A stretch of 64,000 nt of DNA, taken from the NCBI GenBank assembly GCA_946965045.2, contig OX337236.1, forward strand, positions 3,410,001 through 3,474,000, in the 5' to 3' direction. Positions within the stretch are counted from its first letter, which is position 1. Every line of letters begins with the position of its first letter. The translations under genes were made by a program, and so were the position numbers. The notes under the pieces are model-generated. The model was given only the letters and a program-made list of their open reading frames with translations, searched no databases and was not told where the DNA came from. Shown here piece after piece: positions 11,648 to 24,527 of this stretch. Source of the stretch: Epithemia pelagica. Lineage: Eukaryota; Protista; Bacillariophyta.

Positions 11648-12832
11648 ATGACCACCACGCTGAAAGAACAAGCATGGCAGTCGGGGCTTGTCCTTATGGA
11701 CGAGATAGCGCAATGGAATGAAAACGATTGGCCTTCTCTTGAGGGTGGATGGCGAGAGTATCATACATCGGTCGTACTTGATCATCCGGGGAAGACGGTC
11801 GTCGTGTTGGGAGGATATCAACAAGGCCAAGGCGGTGTCAATTCCGTTCTGTTATTGAATCTGTCAGACCCAGACAGGCACTGGCGAGAAGGGCCACCCA
11901 TGAACAAGAGACGTTATGGACATGCCGCTGTTGTGTGCAACGGAGTCGCCTACGTAATGGGAGGATACAATGGAAATGGAATCGAACGAATTGATGCCAA
12001 TGATTTGCTTCGATCATCCTTAACAACCACCACGACGCAGGATAGTCATTGGACAACATTAACTTGTCGGTTATCAAAGAGGCGATGGGGATGTTGTGCT
12101 GTTGCGGTTCAAAACCGATACATCGTTGTAATGGGTGGCAACAGCTATTTCGATGTTGGAACATTGTCGTCGGTGGATATTATTGATACCAGGCACCACA
12201 CCGTCACTGTGGGACCATCCATGACTGTTCCACGACAATTTTGTGCCAGTGCGGTCGTTGGCCACCGCATCTTTGTCGTTGGAGGTCAGAACGGTGACAA
12301 CGGACTATATTCGGTGGAGTATTTGGACTTTACAGAGGAGAAAAAAGACGACACTTTGTCTACAGTCATTTCTTTCTCGTCCAGCTGGATCACTCGTTCT
12401 GAGTTGGCCCTTTCCAACCCTAGAGATTCTTGTGCAATGGTTGCCGTGGGATCATGTCTGGTGGTGGCGGGAGAACGAGGCAATTCAACCGTGGAAGTCT
12501 TGGACACGCACCGCAACCGCGTGTGGAATCTCCCAACACTCACTAGTAGCCGACATGGCTGCAGTCTAGTGACTGTTGCCAATCAAGTTGCCAATCAAGT
12601 TGCCGTGATTGGTGGATGGGAGAATCCTTCCTGTACAACATTACCACTCCTGGATAGAAATTCGTGGTGTTTTCGCCGTCTCTGTGAGCAGCAATCGAAC
12701 GGATGGTATCATTCTCTTGAAGGTGTGGGTATCCGAGATGCTGATATCTCACACTTCTTCACATCGACATTAGCTCGTAAACGCGCAAGGTCCAATACTC
12801 AAAGTGGTGATGAAGGGACGGATGAAGCCTAG
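11648..12832 (+). CDS. Kelch-repeat protein K3 (~394 aa)
   Basis: MTTTLKEQAWQSGLVL start is shared by the family. Six Kelch blades, ANQVANQV 12-bp duplication, RKRAR tail. The upstream extension in the ORF track is cassette-A DNA. Confidence 0.9.
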   Translation: MTTTLKEQAWQSGLVLMDEIAQWNENDWPSLEGGWREYHTSVVLDHPGKTVVVLGGYQQGQGGVNSVLLLNLSDPDRHWREGPPMNKRRYGHAAVVCNGVAYVMGGYNGNGIERIDANDLLRSSLTTTTTQDSHWTTLTCRLSKRRWGCCAVAVQNRYIVVMGGNSYFDVGTLSSVDIIDTRHHTVTVGPSMTVPRQFCASAVVGHRIFVVGGQNGDNGLYSVEYLDFTEEKKDDTLSTVISFSSSWITRSELALSNPRDSCAMVAVGSCLVVAGERGNSTVEVLDTHRNRVWNLPTLTSSRHGCSLVTVANQVANQVAVIGGWENPSCTTLPLLDRNSWCFRRLCEQQSNGWYHSLEGVGIRDADISHFFTSTLARKRARSNTQSGDEGTDEA

Positions 12833-14620
12833 ACGTTTATTTCTCGAGTGGTTGACTTCTTTTCTACATTCGATTGCAATCCTAGAACCTAGAGTAAGTG
12901 GTTACTCAAAAGTAGAAAGAACATGTTGCAAGATAGAATGTGCTTGTTTGTTGTCAAAGACGTGGAAGGAACGACCAACTTTTTTGTCTCTACAAGTGGT
13001 AGTGCCACCACTGTGGTTATGCGACCCACATCGATGTCGTACTCAACGGCAATCCGGTTTGTCCTCGCCATTCTGTGTTCATGACGATGGAATAGTGCAG
13101 AGTAGTTTTCCTGTTGGTGGCAGGGCAAATCCATACATGTTTTATGACATGACGGGTGCTGTGACTGTCAATGGTATTCGATCCTGTCGTTTCTTGGCAT
13201 GGAAAGCTGTTGCTACGACACAGTTTTGCTGTGGACCACGACCATTGGTGGATCATCTCTTACCATCCAAACCTTACTTGAATAGCGCCGAGGGAGACTC
13301 TCCGCATTAATCGGTTGCGGTATTGGTGGACTTCTTGTCTGGATTGAGTTAAGAAGTATGTGTAGTCCTTGCGGTCCTTGTTGCATCGGCATCGTATACT
13401 CGTCTGTATGTGAACCTGGATAATGTTCTTGCTGTTCTGCTTCTGATTAAGTGCTGGTGTAAACAAGGACTCTTTGGTGTGGTTGTCGTATTATCAAGTA
13501 GAGGAATCCGCATGGGCCTTGCATGTTTCCTCGTTTCGTTTGTTGGATTGTGATAAGTCTGGCAAACCAAAAAAACTTGTACCACTCGTACTTGTGGTGG
13601 TCATTGTCGCTGTTGACTCGCGTTGTTGTTTTAGGTGGTGGTTGGTTCCTCCTTCTTGGAGCCATAAATCAATCGACGAATTAGAAGTATAGCGGTGATG
13701 CTAATGTGCCATTCGTTTCGATGTGTGGGGCTGGTGGCCCTTTGTTCCAAAAAATATAAACTGGTCGGGGTAGTCGTCCTTTGGTCCACCAACTGCCGAT
13801 GCATCGACGGAAACCATTCATTCGCTTCAATTGGAAATTGCAGGAAGTAGGACAAAACGGGATGCCTGTTGTGCATTCGACGATTGTTGTTGTTGTTTCG
13901 TTCTTGTTGGTGGATCGAGACTCCTAATGCGCAGGAAGGTTCTTCTTGCTGTTGTTGTTTGGGTGTAACTCGTTGTTGTTGTTAGGTGCAGTCATCATCA
14001 TTGTAGTGCAATCGAGTGACTGCCTGGTCCTTGCTCCTTCCACCACGAATCACGAGTTTAGGTATCTACTGATCGTGCTCCTTGTGTGGCTCGGTTCATG
14101 GTCGAATCCGATGAATCCAACAAAAGGACGAAACGGGCGGATTCAAATGTCCGACGCTAGAAATTGACAAAGGGTTGACTTGTGCATGGAAGTTCGGAGG
14201 ATTGTGTCATGAGGGGACGCTGCTTCTATACTTTCCTCCTCCTCCTCCTCTTTCGAAGAACGAGTCATCATTGCGACTGAGCATGGAAGTAGTGAAACCG
14301 AGTCTTGTTCCTGTGGTGGTTGGTTGTTTATTGGTTGTTATTGTTGTTGTGACAAGACATCTTTCGGGTCTTGTAGTGATAATTGATAATGGTGCTACGG
14401 CCACTGGTCGATGCTGGAGGAGGGTTTCTTGTTGTCGTCATTTCAAGCAGCAAAGGGATGGCAATATTGTTTGCATTGATTCTAAAGCAGCAAGAGCGGT
14501 GAACAGCCACACATTGGTGTCATTGGCAGGCGGAATCGTATCTGTCGATACTCCTCGAGACACAGGTGGCATCTCGGTCGGTGCGAGCGCATTTCTTCTT
14601 CGAAATACGAGCCCATGCGA

Positions 14621-15196
14621 CTATATCGTGAATGAGAAAACAGGTTGGCACACGATTTGGTAAGGGGCAACGACCATGGTGCAGACCGGAGGTGAAAGAG
14701 GAAAACCGGAAGCACCCCACAGTTCAGACCACACCACTATTCTCTTCATTTTCTTTCTCCGCTCACCATTTATGATGTTCGAGAGCACAAATAATGCTGG
14801 TGAGATGACGCAGTCTTTTTGTTCTTGGATACACACGGACGGACTGTGTTTCTTGGAATTGGCAACAGTTCTATCTGCTGTTGAAAAGATCGGATCATCT
14901 CCAGAAACACCAGCCGGAACCACCTTCACGAAACAACGTCTAATATGAAGGTACTGCGACTCGTTCGAAGGGTGGTATTGGATTCGGCCAAGCATCAATT
15001 TGTGTGGTTGGGTCCTTGCATGATACATGCCTGCAGTACTCGACACATGATCCATGTGCATGTAGCCTCGTGACGACCCCCGTCTCTCAGTGTTTGGGTG
15101 TCTCACGATGAGATTGCCGTCCTGGATGCTTTTGTTGTTTGTTACCACAGCACAGATGCAAGATTTGCGACAGTCTACAACTCCCACCAGCTTCAA
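14621..15196 (-). other. Possible hypothetical ORF (191 codons)
   Basis: Unique, compositionally protein-like ORF in a spacer; no motif recognised. Confidence 0.2.
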
Positions 15197-15644
15197 GCAG
15201 TGGTATCATTCCAATTCATATTCGTCCACAGCCTGGGTCCCCAACGTTGCTAGAATCCGATTCATGGTTTAATGAAATACAAGGCTTTCATCAAGGCTCT
15301 GCAGAGCTCCATTCACAGCGTCCAAAAGCTCGATTTCGGTCCACTTGCTAGAGTCAACCAAGACAACAAGATGATGCACCGCCGCTCTGCTCTGTGGATG
15401 TTGTCCATCTTTTGTTTTTTGTTTGTTCTTGGGAACAGATTCTGTGGATGATCCCATCTTCTTTCGGTCAAAAGATACATGAAAGATACCATGTGGTGCC
15501 TGTGGTGCTGTCATGAAGTCTATATGCGACACACTCGCTCCAAAGCTTCCACGCGTAATATGTAGGCTCTTCTGCACATCGGTCCGCATCCATCACGGCC
15601 GCAAACGCACTGAAAACTCTGTCGCAGTCACAATGTTTGCTACC

Positions 15645-16847
15645 ATGCCCACGACGACGTTGAGAGAACAAGCATGGCAGTCGGGCCTTTTCCTACCAGA
15701 CGAGACACCAGAATGGAATGAAAATGATTGGCCTCCTCTTGTGGGAGGAGCGCGAAATCGTCATGCTACGGTCGTACTTGATCATCCCGATAAGGAAAAC
15801 GATAACTTTCACAACAGACAAACGGTCGTCGTGATGGGAGGTTACAGACAAGCCCCAGGTGCCACGGATTCCGTTCTTGTATTGAATCTATCGGACCTAG
15901 ACAAGCAGTGGCGAGAAGGACCATCCATGGACAAGACACGTTCTGGACATGCCGCTGTTGTGTGCAATGGCGGCGTGTACGTAATGGGAGGATACAATCG
16001 AGTAACTTTGGATTGTATTGAACGAATCGATGCCAATGATTTGCTTCGATCATCCTTTACAACCACCACCACCCAGGATAGTTATTGGACAACATTGACA
16101 TGTCGATTATCAACGGGACGAGTGGGATGTTGTGCTGTTGCCGTGCACAACCGATACATCGTTGTAATGGGTGGACGCAGCAATCGTTATTGGTCGTCGG
16201 TGGATATTGTTGATACCAGCAATCACACTCTCATTGCAGGACCATCCATGACTGTTCCACGGTCATACTTTGACAGCGCAGTCGTTGGACACCGCATCTT
16301 TGTCGTTGGAGGCCGAAACAGTGACGAAATACTTGATTCGGTGGAGTATTTGGACTTTGCAGAGGAGAGAAAAGACGACTCTTTGACGACAGTCATTTCC
16401 TTTTCGTCCGCTTGGACCACTCACTCTGAATTGGTGCTTTCCAACCCTCGAGCTTTTTGTGCAATGGTAGCCGTGGGATTTTGTCTGGTGGTGGCGGGAG
16501 GACGAGGCAATTTAAGTGTGCAAGTCTTGGATACGCTTCGCAACCGCGTGTGGAATCTTCGTCGACTGCAAGAACAACGATGGTGCTGCAGTATGGTGAC
16601 CGTTGCCAATCAAGTTGCCGTGATCGGTGGACTGGACAATCGTACCTGTGCGACATTCCCATTAATGGACAAGAATACGTGGTGTTTTCGACGACTCTAT
16701 GAGCAGCCTCAGAACGAATGGTACCAGTTCCGGGAAGGAATGGGTATCCGAGATGCTGACATTTCGCGCTTTTCCACCTCGACATCAGCTCGTAAACGCG
16801 CAAGGCCCGATACACACCGTGGTGATGAAGGGAAGGATGAAACTTGA
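15645..16847 (+). CDS. Kelch-repeat protein K4 (~400 aa)
   Basis: MPTTTLREQAWQSGL start, six Kelch blades, RKRAR tail. The 3' half is nearly identical to K8. Confidence 0.9.
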   Translation: MPTTTLREQAWQSGLFLPDETPEWNENDWPPLVGGARNRHATVVLDHPDKENDNFHNRQTVVVMGGYRQAPGATDSVLVLNLSDLDKQWREGPSMDKTRSGHAAVVCNGGVYVMGGYNRVTLDCIERIDANDLLRSSFTTTTTQDSYWTTLTCRLSTGRVGCCAVAVHNRYIVVMGGRSNRYWSSVDIVDTSNHTLIAGPSMTVPRSYFDSAVVGHRIFVVGGRNSDEILDSVEYLDFAEERKDDSLTTVISFSSAWTTHSELVLSNPRAFCAMVAVGFCLVVAGGRGNLSVQVLDTLRNRVWNLRRLQEQRWCCSMVTVANQVAVIGGLDNRTCATFPLMDKNTWCFRRLYEQPQNEWYQFREGMGIRDADISRFSTSTSARKRARPDTHRGDEGKDET

Positions 16848-19800
16848 AATTTGCAACGTATTGCATGTATGTCGTAACAATAGTGGAATTATAGCATCAT
16901 CATTTTACTCTCAAACAGTAGTTGGATTGTTTTCTTCGTGACATTGCGACCTATAGAGATATCCTGTACACCGTTGTACTAGTAGAAAACGAAAGTTACA
17001 CTATCAGGCCTTGGATATAGATGCCCATGGTACCATGCCTCTCTGCTGTTGAATAGGTCGAGTTATCTTCCTGTGGAAGATTATGGTTGCGTGCTTGAAA
17101 CACTAAACGCAGCAACTCGTTTGGACGGTCGTCTTCGTTCCGACCATGCATTGAATTGTGGGGTCCGGTCCTTCTATGGCCCATGACTGTGTGAGAGGAC
17201 AATACCCCGTGTCTCGACGCTTGTGGTTTTGGGTGACGGGACATTTGCGAATCCTTTGGAATTTGTGACACCGACGTGTGTTCGATATTTTCTCCAATAC
17301 AGCAGCTATACTTTATCATCAGGTCAGCAATTTGCTTGCGTCGATCCAGCAATCAGTCTCTCCACAGTGGTGTGGCTCGTTGACAGGCTACGGTCATCGG
17401 TCCATGGGGATCCACAAGAACAATTGCAGAGCGCAAAGTACCCACTTTCCCATGGCTCTCACGGAGGAAGGCGAAAACGACCATGGCAGTGCTGCGACAT
17501 GCCCAACCACCACCTCGTGTCCAAGTATGGCTCGCTTGATTGCGTCCATACTTTGAACCAGACGGCTTTTCCATTGCAACGTTTGGATTTCTAAATGACT
17601 GGTCGTCCGATGCTCTTGTTGATGTAGTAGAGTGCGTCCAGGGACTTGAGACTTGCCTTGGTGCGAATGCAATCGGGTGGCTTGATCATGTGTGATGCTT
17701 GTTGGAGATCTTGTGCTTCTTGCTTTTCAATACAGAAGTTGTCCTTGTTTGTTGTGAACCTTTTTTCTGGAGAATACCATGGGATCGAATACCTCACCAT
17801 ATCGCATGCGCTCTGTCTTCTGATCAATTTTGGCACCCCATCTCGTCGTTGATGTCAAAGTGTCGCGTCGTCTCTCGTTGTCGATTTTGTGGATGCAAAA
17901 AGATACCTTTTCACTTCTCAGCGGTGGATTCGTGAAAGGCCTAAGAATCTTGTGTAAAGAGAGTGGTGTGTGAAACGCGAGGAATGATCTGTTTGATGCC
18001 CCGAATGCCTGCCACGTGGCGTGTGGAGACAGAACTGAAGAAAAGAAACAGAGAAGAAGAAGAGAAGGTCTACGTTGGACGAAATATCTGAGACAACAAG
18101 ACGGGACGAATCACAGCACGATGGACGACGACCTATACCGCCGATACGTGTGTTGATTGTTGATGCTCCTCCTCGGCAAAGATCCCAACACCACCACCAA
18201 CTCTCAAGTACAAGCTGTCCTTTCCACAGCAAAATGGCAGTCGTTCGAAGCCACGAAATGTAGCTAAAGAAGGATCATCCCAAGTGGCGGTGTGGCACCA
18301 ATGGCTCGTCATGGAGCCTATATATTGTCGAAACCAAAAGCACGGTGACAAGGACAAGGACATGGAACAGACTCCAGCATATAATAAAATGTCATTCCAA
18401 CAGCAAGTGCCACCAATGGCTCGTCAGGGACGCTACTGACTGTTTTGTCATGAAATGTATCCATTTCAGGAATCACATGGTATAGGTTCCTTGGGGAACC
18501 CCCAACAACACACTCCCAGTGGCGCAACAATACTCATGTCTCGATCGCACTGTCGTCGTCATTCTCACCAACAAGGTCATTGACGGACCCATCGCGCTGC
18601 TGCGTACCACTTGGTAATTGTTTTGAAGCAACAAGAAGACTGGAGCCTTTATTGTGTGGCATTGTTGTGAGGAATGCGGCCAATGTCAAAGAGATCATGA
18701 CGACAATGTACTCTGCCGCCGATTGCCAATGGTAGCCGGGGCAACAAACACGAGGCATTTACTTCTCTTTGTCGCAAGGATTGGCTGGACGGAAAAAGAC
18801 CAACGATTGGAAGACACGTACTCGCCATGGGCGTGGAATGGAACAAGGAGGCCATCAAGCTAGACCAACGAGTGTTCGCTGGGGCTCGATGATTCACCAA
18901 ACAACACGACGGTCGACCGCCACATGGTCGATGCTTTCATCCTCCTGGCGACAACAACGACAGCCACAACAATCACCGCTCTCTTGTTTGTGTTGGTCAT
19001 CGCGCCGTTCCGTCGACGACACTGGCCATTGGAGCCGAATTACTGGGCGGCAAAAAGGAACAGGAAGAATTTTACGATCCCCAGACCGAAGCCACGGCAG
19101 TCGCCACTGCGGACGACACGGACAACAACAAGTCCAATGGCGCATCCTGGGATCGATTTGCCGACCGATTGACCTTTTCGGACGACACGGTGGTCAGTGT
19201 GGCCCGACAACTGCAACGTTGCATTTATCAAGTCTTGTATGAGGACGCCGAATTGGAACCTGTGACAGACAACAATGAGGTGGAGTTGCAGGCCTATGCC
19301 ACCACGTTGGTATGGGAAAACACCCTTTGAGTCGTTGTACCTCCAATCTAAGAAACCCAAAACAACCAACATGAATCCATTGGAAGCGTTGAGACAGTGT
19401 TCCTTGGATGACTTTGAACGTATTGATGGGGCCCTTACGGAGGGTCGACCACTCCCCAACCACACGTATAAAAAGATCCACGGCCTGTGGGCAATGTCGT
19501 TGCTTCTCGTCGACTCGGTATGCGTAAGGAACCAACAACCAGACGAACTGTGGACCTGTTTGTATATTCCAACAACGCAAGGCTTGCAGCAACTGGATTG
19601 TCCATTTTTGTCATCTTTCTTATTGTTCTTGGAAAAGAATACTACTCGACCAGAAATGTTCCACTTGGTCCGCAAAGCCACGTGGTGACCACCTCTTCTT
19701 GTTGGCACCCAACAACAAATTGCTGTTCTATTACGAGAGGGGATTGGAAACAAACCGTGGTTGCAGGCAAGGAGCATGGTTCTTTGCGAGAGTCACCACG

Positions 19801-20134
19801 AAACGCTTTATACTACTACTACCACGCATCCCGAAACTTACATGGCGACGAAACTGACGTTTCATGCTGTGGACTCCGACCATTGACCAGCAGTACTACC
19901 AGGATGAAACAACACGAGCAGTGTCAACCACAACAGCTCGATCGAAACAACGGTCACGATTTGTCTCGTGACAAAAGCTCCTACCCCTCTTTGGTCCATC
20001 CATTTCGTCAAGTCAGTCGTGTTTCCAGTCCGCACCCGTCAGCATCAGCATCGCAACGAAAGAGCAAACCTACGTGCCTCTTACAAGACAGAGTCTCGAT
20101 CCCCATAAATTCGCTGCAGTCATTGTGTGGAACC

Positions 20135-21307
20135 ATGACCACAACACTGAAAGACCAAGCATGGCAGGCGGACCTTGTTTTGTTAGACGAGTCACCTGAA
20201 TGGAATATGGAGGACTGGCCTCCTCTTGAGGGTCGATGGCGTTATCGTCATGCTACGGTTGTACTTGATCATCCCGATCAAGACAATAACATCAACAACA
20301 AGAGACAAACGGTAGTCGTGATGGGCGGAAATACACAAGAATTAGTCTTAACCAACTCCGTTCTTGTTATGAATTTATCAGAATCAAACAAGCAGTGGCG
20401 AGAAGGGCCACCCATGAACAAGAAATGTGACGAACATGCCGCTGTTGTGTGCAATGGAGGTGTCTACGTGATGGGAGGATACACTAGATATTCAAGTTTG
20501 GATTGTATCGAACAAATAAATGCCACCGATTTGCTCCAACCATCTTCGACATCAAGCAGCTCGAAGAAGAGCCATTGGACGACATTGACATGTCGCTTAT
20601 CAACGGGAAGATTTGGATGTTGTGCTGTTGCGGTTCACAACCGATACATCGTTGTAGTGGGTGGCTACAACGATGATTATTTGTCGTCGGTGGACATTTT
20701 TGATACAAGGAACCACACTGTCACTGCGGGACCATCCATGACCATTCCTCGATTTGAATGTGCCAGTGCGGTCATTGGTCACCGCATCTTTGTCGTTGGA
20801 GGTCGTAACAAGCATGGCAATCTTGACTCGGTGGAGTATTTGGACTTTGCAGAGGAGAGAAAAGACGGAACTTTGTCTACAGCTATTTGCTTCTCGTCCA
20901 GTTGGATCACTCATTCTGAGTTGGTGTTTTCCAATGTACGAAGTTCTTGTGCAGTGGTTACCGTGGGATCTTGTCTGGTGGTGGCGGGAGGATGGCGCAA
21001 TACAACCGTGGAAGTGTTGGATACGAACCGCAACCGTGTGTGGAATCTCCCACCATTCGTGGATTATCGCAGGGGCTGCAATATGGTGACTGTTGCCAAT
21101 CACGTTGCCGTGATTGGTGGATGGGACAATCCTACCTGTGCGACATTACAACTTCTGGATAGAAATTCATGGTGTTTTCGACAACTCTGTGAGCAGCCTC
21201 GGAACAAATGGTATCATTGTCTAGAAAGATCGAGTAACGGAGATGTCAATGTAACATCCAGCACCATCTCGACATCCACTCTTAATCGATTCAGGACCAA
21301 TACATGA
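20135..21307 (+). CDS. Kelch-repeat protein K5 (~390 aa), alternative C-terminal tail
   Basis: MTTTLKDQAWQADLVL start and six Kelch blades. The tail ERSSNGDVNVTSSTISTSTLNRFRTNT lacks RKRAR. Confidence 0.9.
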   Translation: MTTTLKDQAWQADLVLLDESPEWNMEDWPPLEGRWRYRHATVVLDHPDQDNNINNKRQTVVVMGGNTQELVLTNSVLVMNLSESNKQWREGPPMNKKCDEHAAVVCNGGVYVMGGYTRYSSLDCIEQINATDLLQPSSTSSSSKKSHWTTLTCRLSTGRFGCCAVAVHNRYIVVVGGYNDDYLSSVDIFDTRNHTVTAGPSMTIPRFECASAVIGHRIFVVGGRNKHGNLDSVEYLDFAEERKDGTLSTAICFSSSWITHSELVFSNVRSSCAVVTVGSCLVVAGGWRNTTVEVLDTNRNRVWNLPPFVDYRRGCNMVTVANHVAVIGGWDNPTCATLQLLDRNSWCFRQLCEQPRNKWYHCLERSSNGDVNVTSSTISTSTLNRFRTNT

Positions 21308-22619
21308 TGGAGGATGGCACTTGAGAAATGTGCAACAAGTTGCACGGCCATGGTCGAGCAACTATATCATTGTCATTATACTCTCAAACAAAAAAGGAGA
21401 TCGTGCCCATCCCGTCCATCCTGAGTTACGTTGTCAATCATACAGGTTAATGAAAGGCTCTAAATCACTATACCTAAACGGAGTGACTTGCTTTGTCGAA
21501 AAAGACACTACAGTAGACGGGTATCACAGATCAACTCCTAGCATGTTTTGAAGGCAACACCTTGTACAGAAGATGACCGCACATGATTTTCCTTCTGAAG
21601 CCATGGCGTTTGTGGCATTATCCGTGTAGTAGATAATGAGATGTTACAGCGTCTGCCATGGCACTGCTGTCCTCTGCAAACCTGCCGATGTGATGCAACC
21701 ACTTTTGGATGAATGGCCACGGTACCGTTCCCTCTCTGTGCAGTTGAAAACTCACTTGTCTTGAATAGAATGTATCATCTTCAATGGACGATGACAGTAT
21801 TTTATGGTCTCATTGTATCTTTTAGACACAGAAGGAGCGGCCTGAATTATGTCTCTTCAAGTGATGGCACATGACGAACAAGTGACGTTTCGACCATCCC
21901 AGTCGGTGGGGCCGTGGATTGGTAGCATTGGCTTTGTTTGGTTTCCGTTGCGAATGCAGCAGTGCCAAGTACTTCCCCTGTTGCAGGCAGGACAGGCTTA
22001 TCATGGGTCGTCGACTCGGTACAAATATTGGTGTTGCCACGATTCCCAAAACTGTGCTTCTGGTGGACCTTGTTCTGACAAGGCAACTGTTTTGGAAGTC
22101 GTCATTATTTGATCCACCCATGGTGATGGTGATGCTTCGATCAACCTGTTGTTGTTTGGCTGCTATTGGTGGATCATGAGTTGTGATTTTTCACTTCTTG
22201 TCGTGACCCTTGGTGAAAGAGACGGACGATTGTTAGAGTTGGGTGTTGTTTGGATGGGTCAAGGTGAATCTTGTTGTCACTGTTGTCCACTTCTGATGGT
22301 TCTTTGTGGAAATCGAGCACGGGTGGTTGCTTCTTCTGTACTTTGGTTTTATTATTGGGAGTGGAAGTGGGGAAACCGACGAGTTTTACACACCACTCCA
22401 CAACGACAATCTTTGTACCTCGAACTAAGCAGCAGAATCAGCAAGAAGCGACAACAAGCACAAGAGAGGCTCTATGACGAACTCCCCCAACAAAGCCTTG
22501 TCACGAGCAGGACAGGAATGATGATTGATTGTTCATTGTCAAGTCTGACTTCTCTTACTTGTCGTGAAATCCTCATCTAGTTTGTCTCTATTTGGCTGTA
22601 GGTCCTTTTGCAGGAACCT

Positions 22620-23010
22620 CTGACACACGAAACTCTTGTACGTTCTCGACGCCAGGTGGATCCAAGCGACGACTCCCCCGGTCCACTTTTTGTTCCTTGC
22701 ACTCGTGTGGTTTTCAATCAAGACGACAACACCACCCATTGGCAAATGTAGCACCAGTCCTGACACCCACCGTGGCGAACGGAGCCCATTGAACCAGTGC
22801 GATTTGCGTCTGCCACAAGGATTGTCATCTGCGCGAGCATATTGCAAACAACCGGCTAAGACGGCACGAGACGGATTTGGCTCTCCAAAAAAGATGATGA
22901 ATGATGGAGTCGGTATCAATAATGACATAGGACCAAGCTTTGCGGTCCAACCACGTCCAAGAAGACAAATGCAGGCGTCTGGTGCGAGCTAATGCAACAC
23001 GGGAAGCGAG
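22620..23010 (+). repeat. Duplicate of ~5350-5760 (spacer upstream of K2 and K6)
   Basis: aaactcttgtacgttctcgacgccaggtggatcc...gcgacgactccc...gatggagtcggtatcaataatg is present in both. Confidence 0.8.
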
Positions 23011-23327
23011 TCACAATGGGATGAATGACATCAAGAGAAGACCACTCTCTCTGTTGTTTCATATTTGTGGGGATATCTATTACCCAGTGGATGTTGAATT
23101 GTCAATCTGTGGACCTCTTCATGACAGCTTATTGTGGGATCTCGCTCTCTCCCACATGTCGTAACAAAAAGATACTTTTCTTGAGGCTTGTCATGAAATC
23201 TATGTGCGATTGATTGCCCTTGTCTCTCCACGCCACACACGCGTCGCAAAAAAAAACTCGCTGCAAAAGCTTCCACATTAATACAAATACAATACTCTTC
23301 TTGTCGACATCGTCAAGCGCCGTGACC

Positions 23328-24527
23328 ATGACCACAACAACACTGAAAGAACAAGCATGGCAGTCGGGCCTTGTCCTGTTAGACGAGACACCGGAATGGA
23401 ATTCCGAGGACTGGCCTCCTCTTGCGGGTGGATGGCGTTATCGTCATGCTTCGGTCGTACTGAATCATACCGATAACAACCAAGAACAAACGGTCGTCGT
23501 GTTGGGCGGATATCAACCGGGGCTAGGCGAGCTCGATTCCATTCATGTATTAAACTTGGCAGAATCAAACAAGCAGTGGCGAGAAGGGCCACGCATGAAC
23601 CAGAAACGTGATGGACATGCCGCTGTGGTGTGCAATGGCGGCATTTACGTGATGGGAGGAGACACTGGAGCACCTTTGGATTGTATCAAACAAATTGATG
23701 CCAATTATTTGCTGCATTCATCTTTGACAACCAGCATCACACACGAGATGAACTGGACGACATTGACATGCCGGTTATCAACGCCACGATGGGGATGTTC
23801 TGCTGTCGCGGTTCACAACCGATACATCGTTGTAATGGGTGGCTACAACGATCGTTATTTGTCGTCGGTGGATATTATTGATACCAGCAACCACACTGTC
23901 ACTGCAGGACCATCCATGGCTGTTCCAAGACATTGGTGTGCCAGTGCGGTCATAGGTCACCGCATCTTTGTCGTTGGAGGCTTTAACGCGGACGGCAATC
24001 TTGACTCGGTGGAGTATTTGGACTACGCAACACCCTGTGACAATGATGAGACAGAAAAGGAAACTGGCTCGACGTTCATTTCTTTCTCACCCACCTGGAC
24101 GACTCATTCGGAGTTGAGGCTTTCCAATGCACGAAGTCGTTATGCAATGGTTGCCGTGGGATCTTGTCTTGTGGTGGCGGGAGGATACGAATCATCCGTG
24201 GAGGTCTTGGATACGCATCACAACCGCATGTGGAATCTCGCTGGACTGCAAGAAGAACGATGGGGCTGCAGTATGGTCCCTGTTACCAATCACGTTGCCG
24301 TGATCGGCGGATGGTACAATCCGACCTGCGCGACATTGCCACTAATGGACAAGAATACATGGTGTTTTCGTCGACTCTGTGAGCAGCAGCCCAACGGATG
24401 GCGCCAGCTCCGGGATGGAATGGATATCGGACATGTTCCTATTTCACGCTTTTCCACCTCGACATCAGCTCATAAACGAGCAAGGCCCGATACACGCCGT
24501 GGTGATGAAGACAAGGATGAAACTTGA
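23328..24527 (+). CDS. Kelch-repeat protein K6 (~399 aa)
   Basis: MTTTTLKEQAWQSGLVL start, six Kelch blades, HKRAR tail. Confidence 0.9.
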   Translation: MTTTTLKEQAWQSGLVLLDETPEWNSEDWPPLAGGWRYRHASVVLNHTDNNQEQTVVVLGGYQPGLGELDSIHVLNLAESNKQWREGPRMNQKRDGHAAVVCNGGIYVMGGDTGAPLDCIKQIDANYLLHSSLTTSITHEMNWTTLTCRLSTPRWGCSAVAVHNRYIVVMGGYNDRYLSSVDIIDTSNHTVTAGPSMAVPRHWCASAVIGHRIFVVGGFNADGNLDSVEYLDYATPCDNDETEKETGSTFISFSPTWTTHSELRLSNARSRYAMVAVGSCLVVAGGYESSVEVLDTHHNRMWNLAGLQEERWGCSMVPVTNHVAVIGGWYNPTCATLPLMDKNTWCFRRLCEQQPNGWRQLRDGMDIGHVPISRFSTSTSAHKRARPDTRRGDEDKDET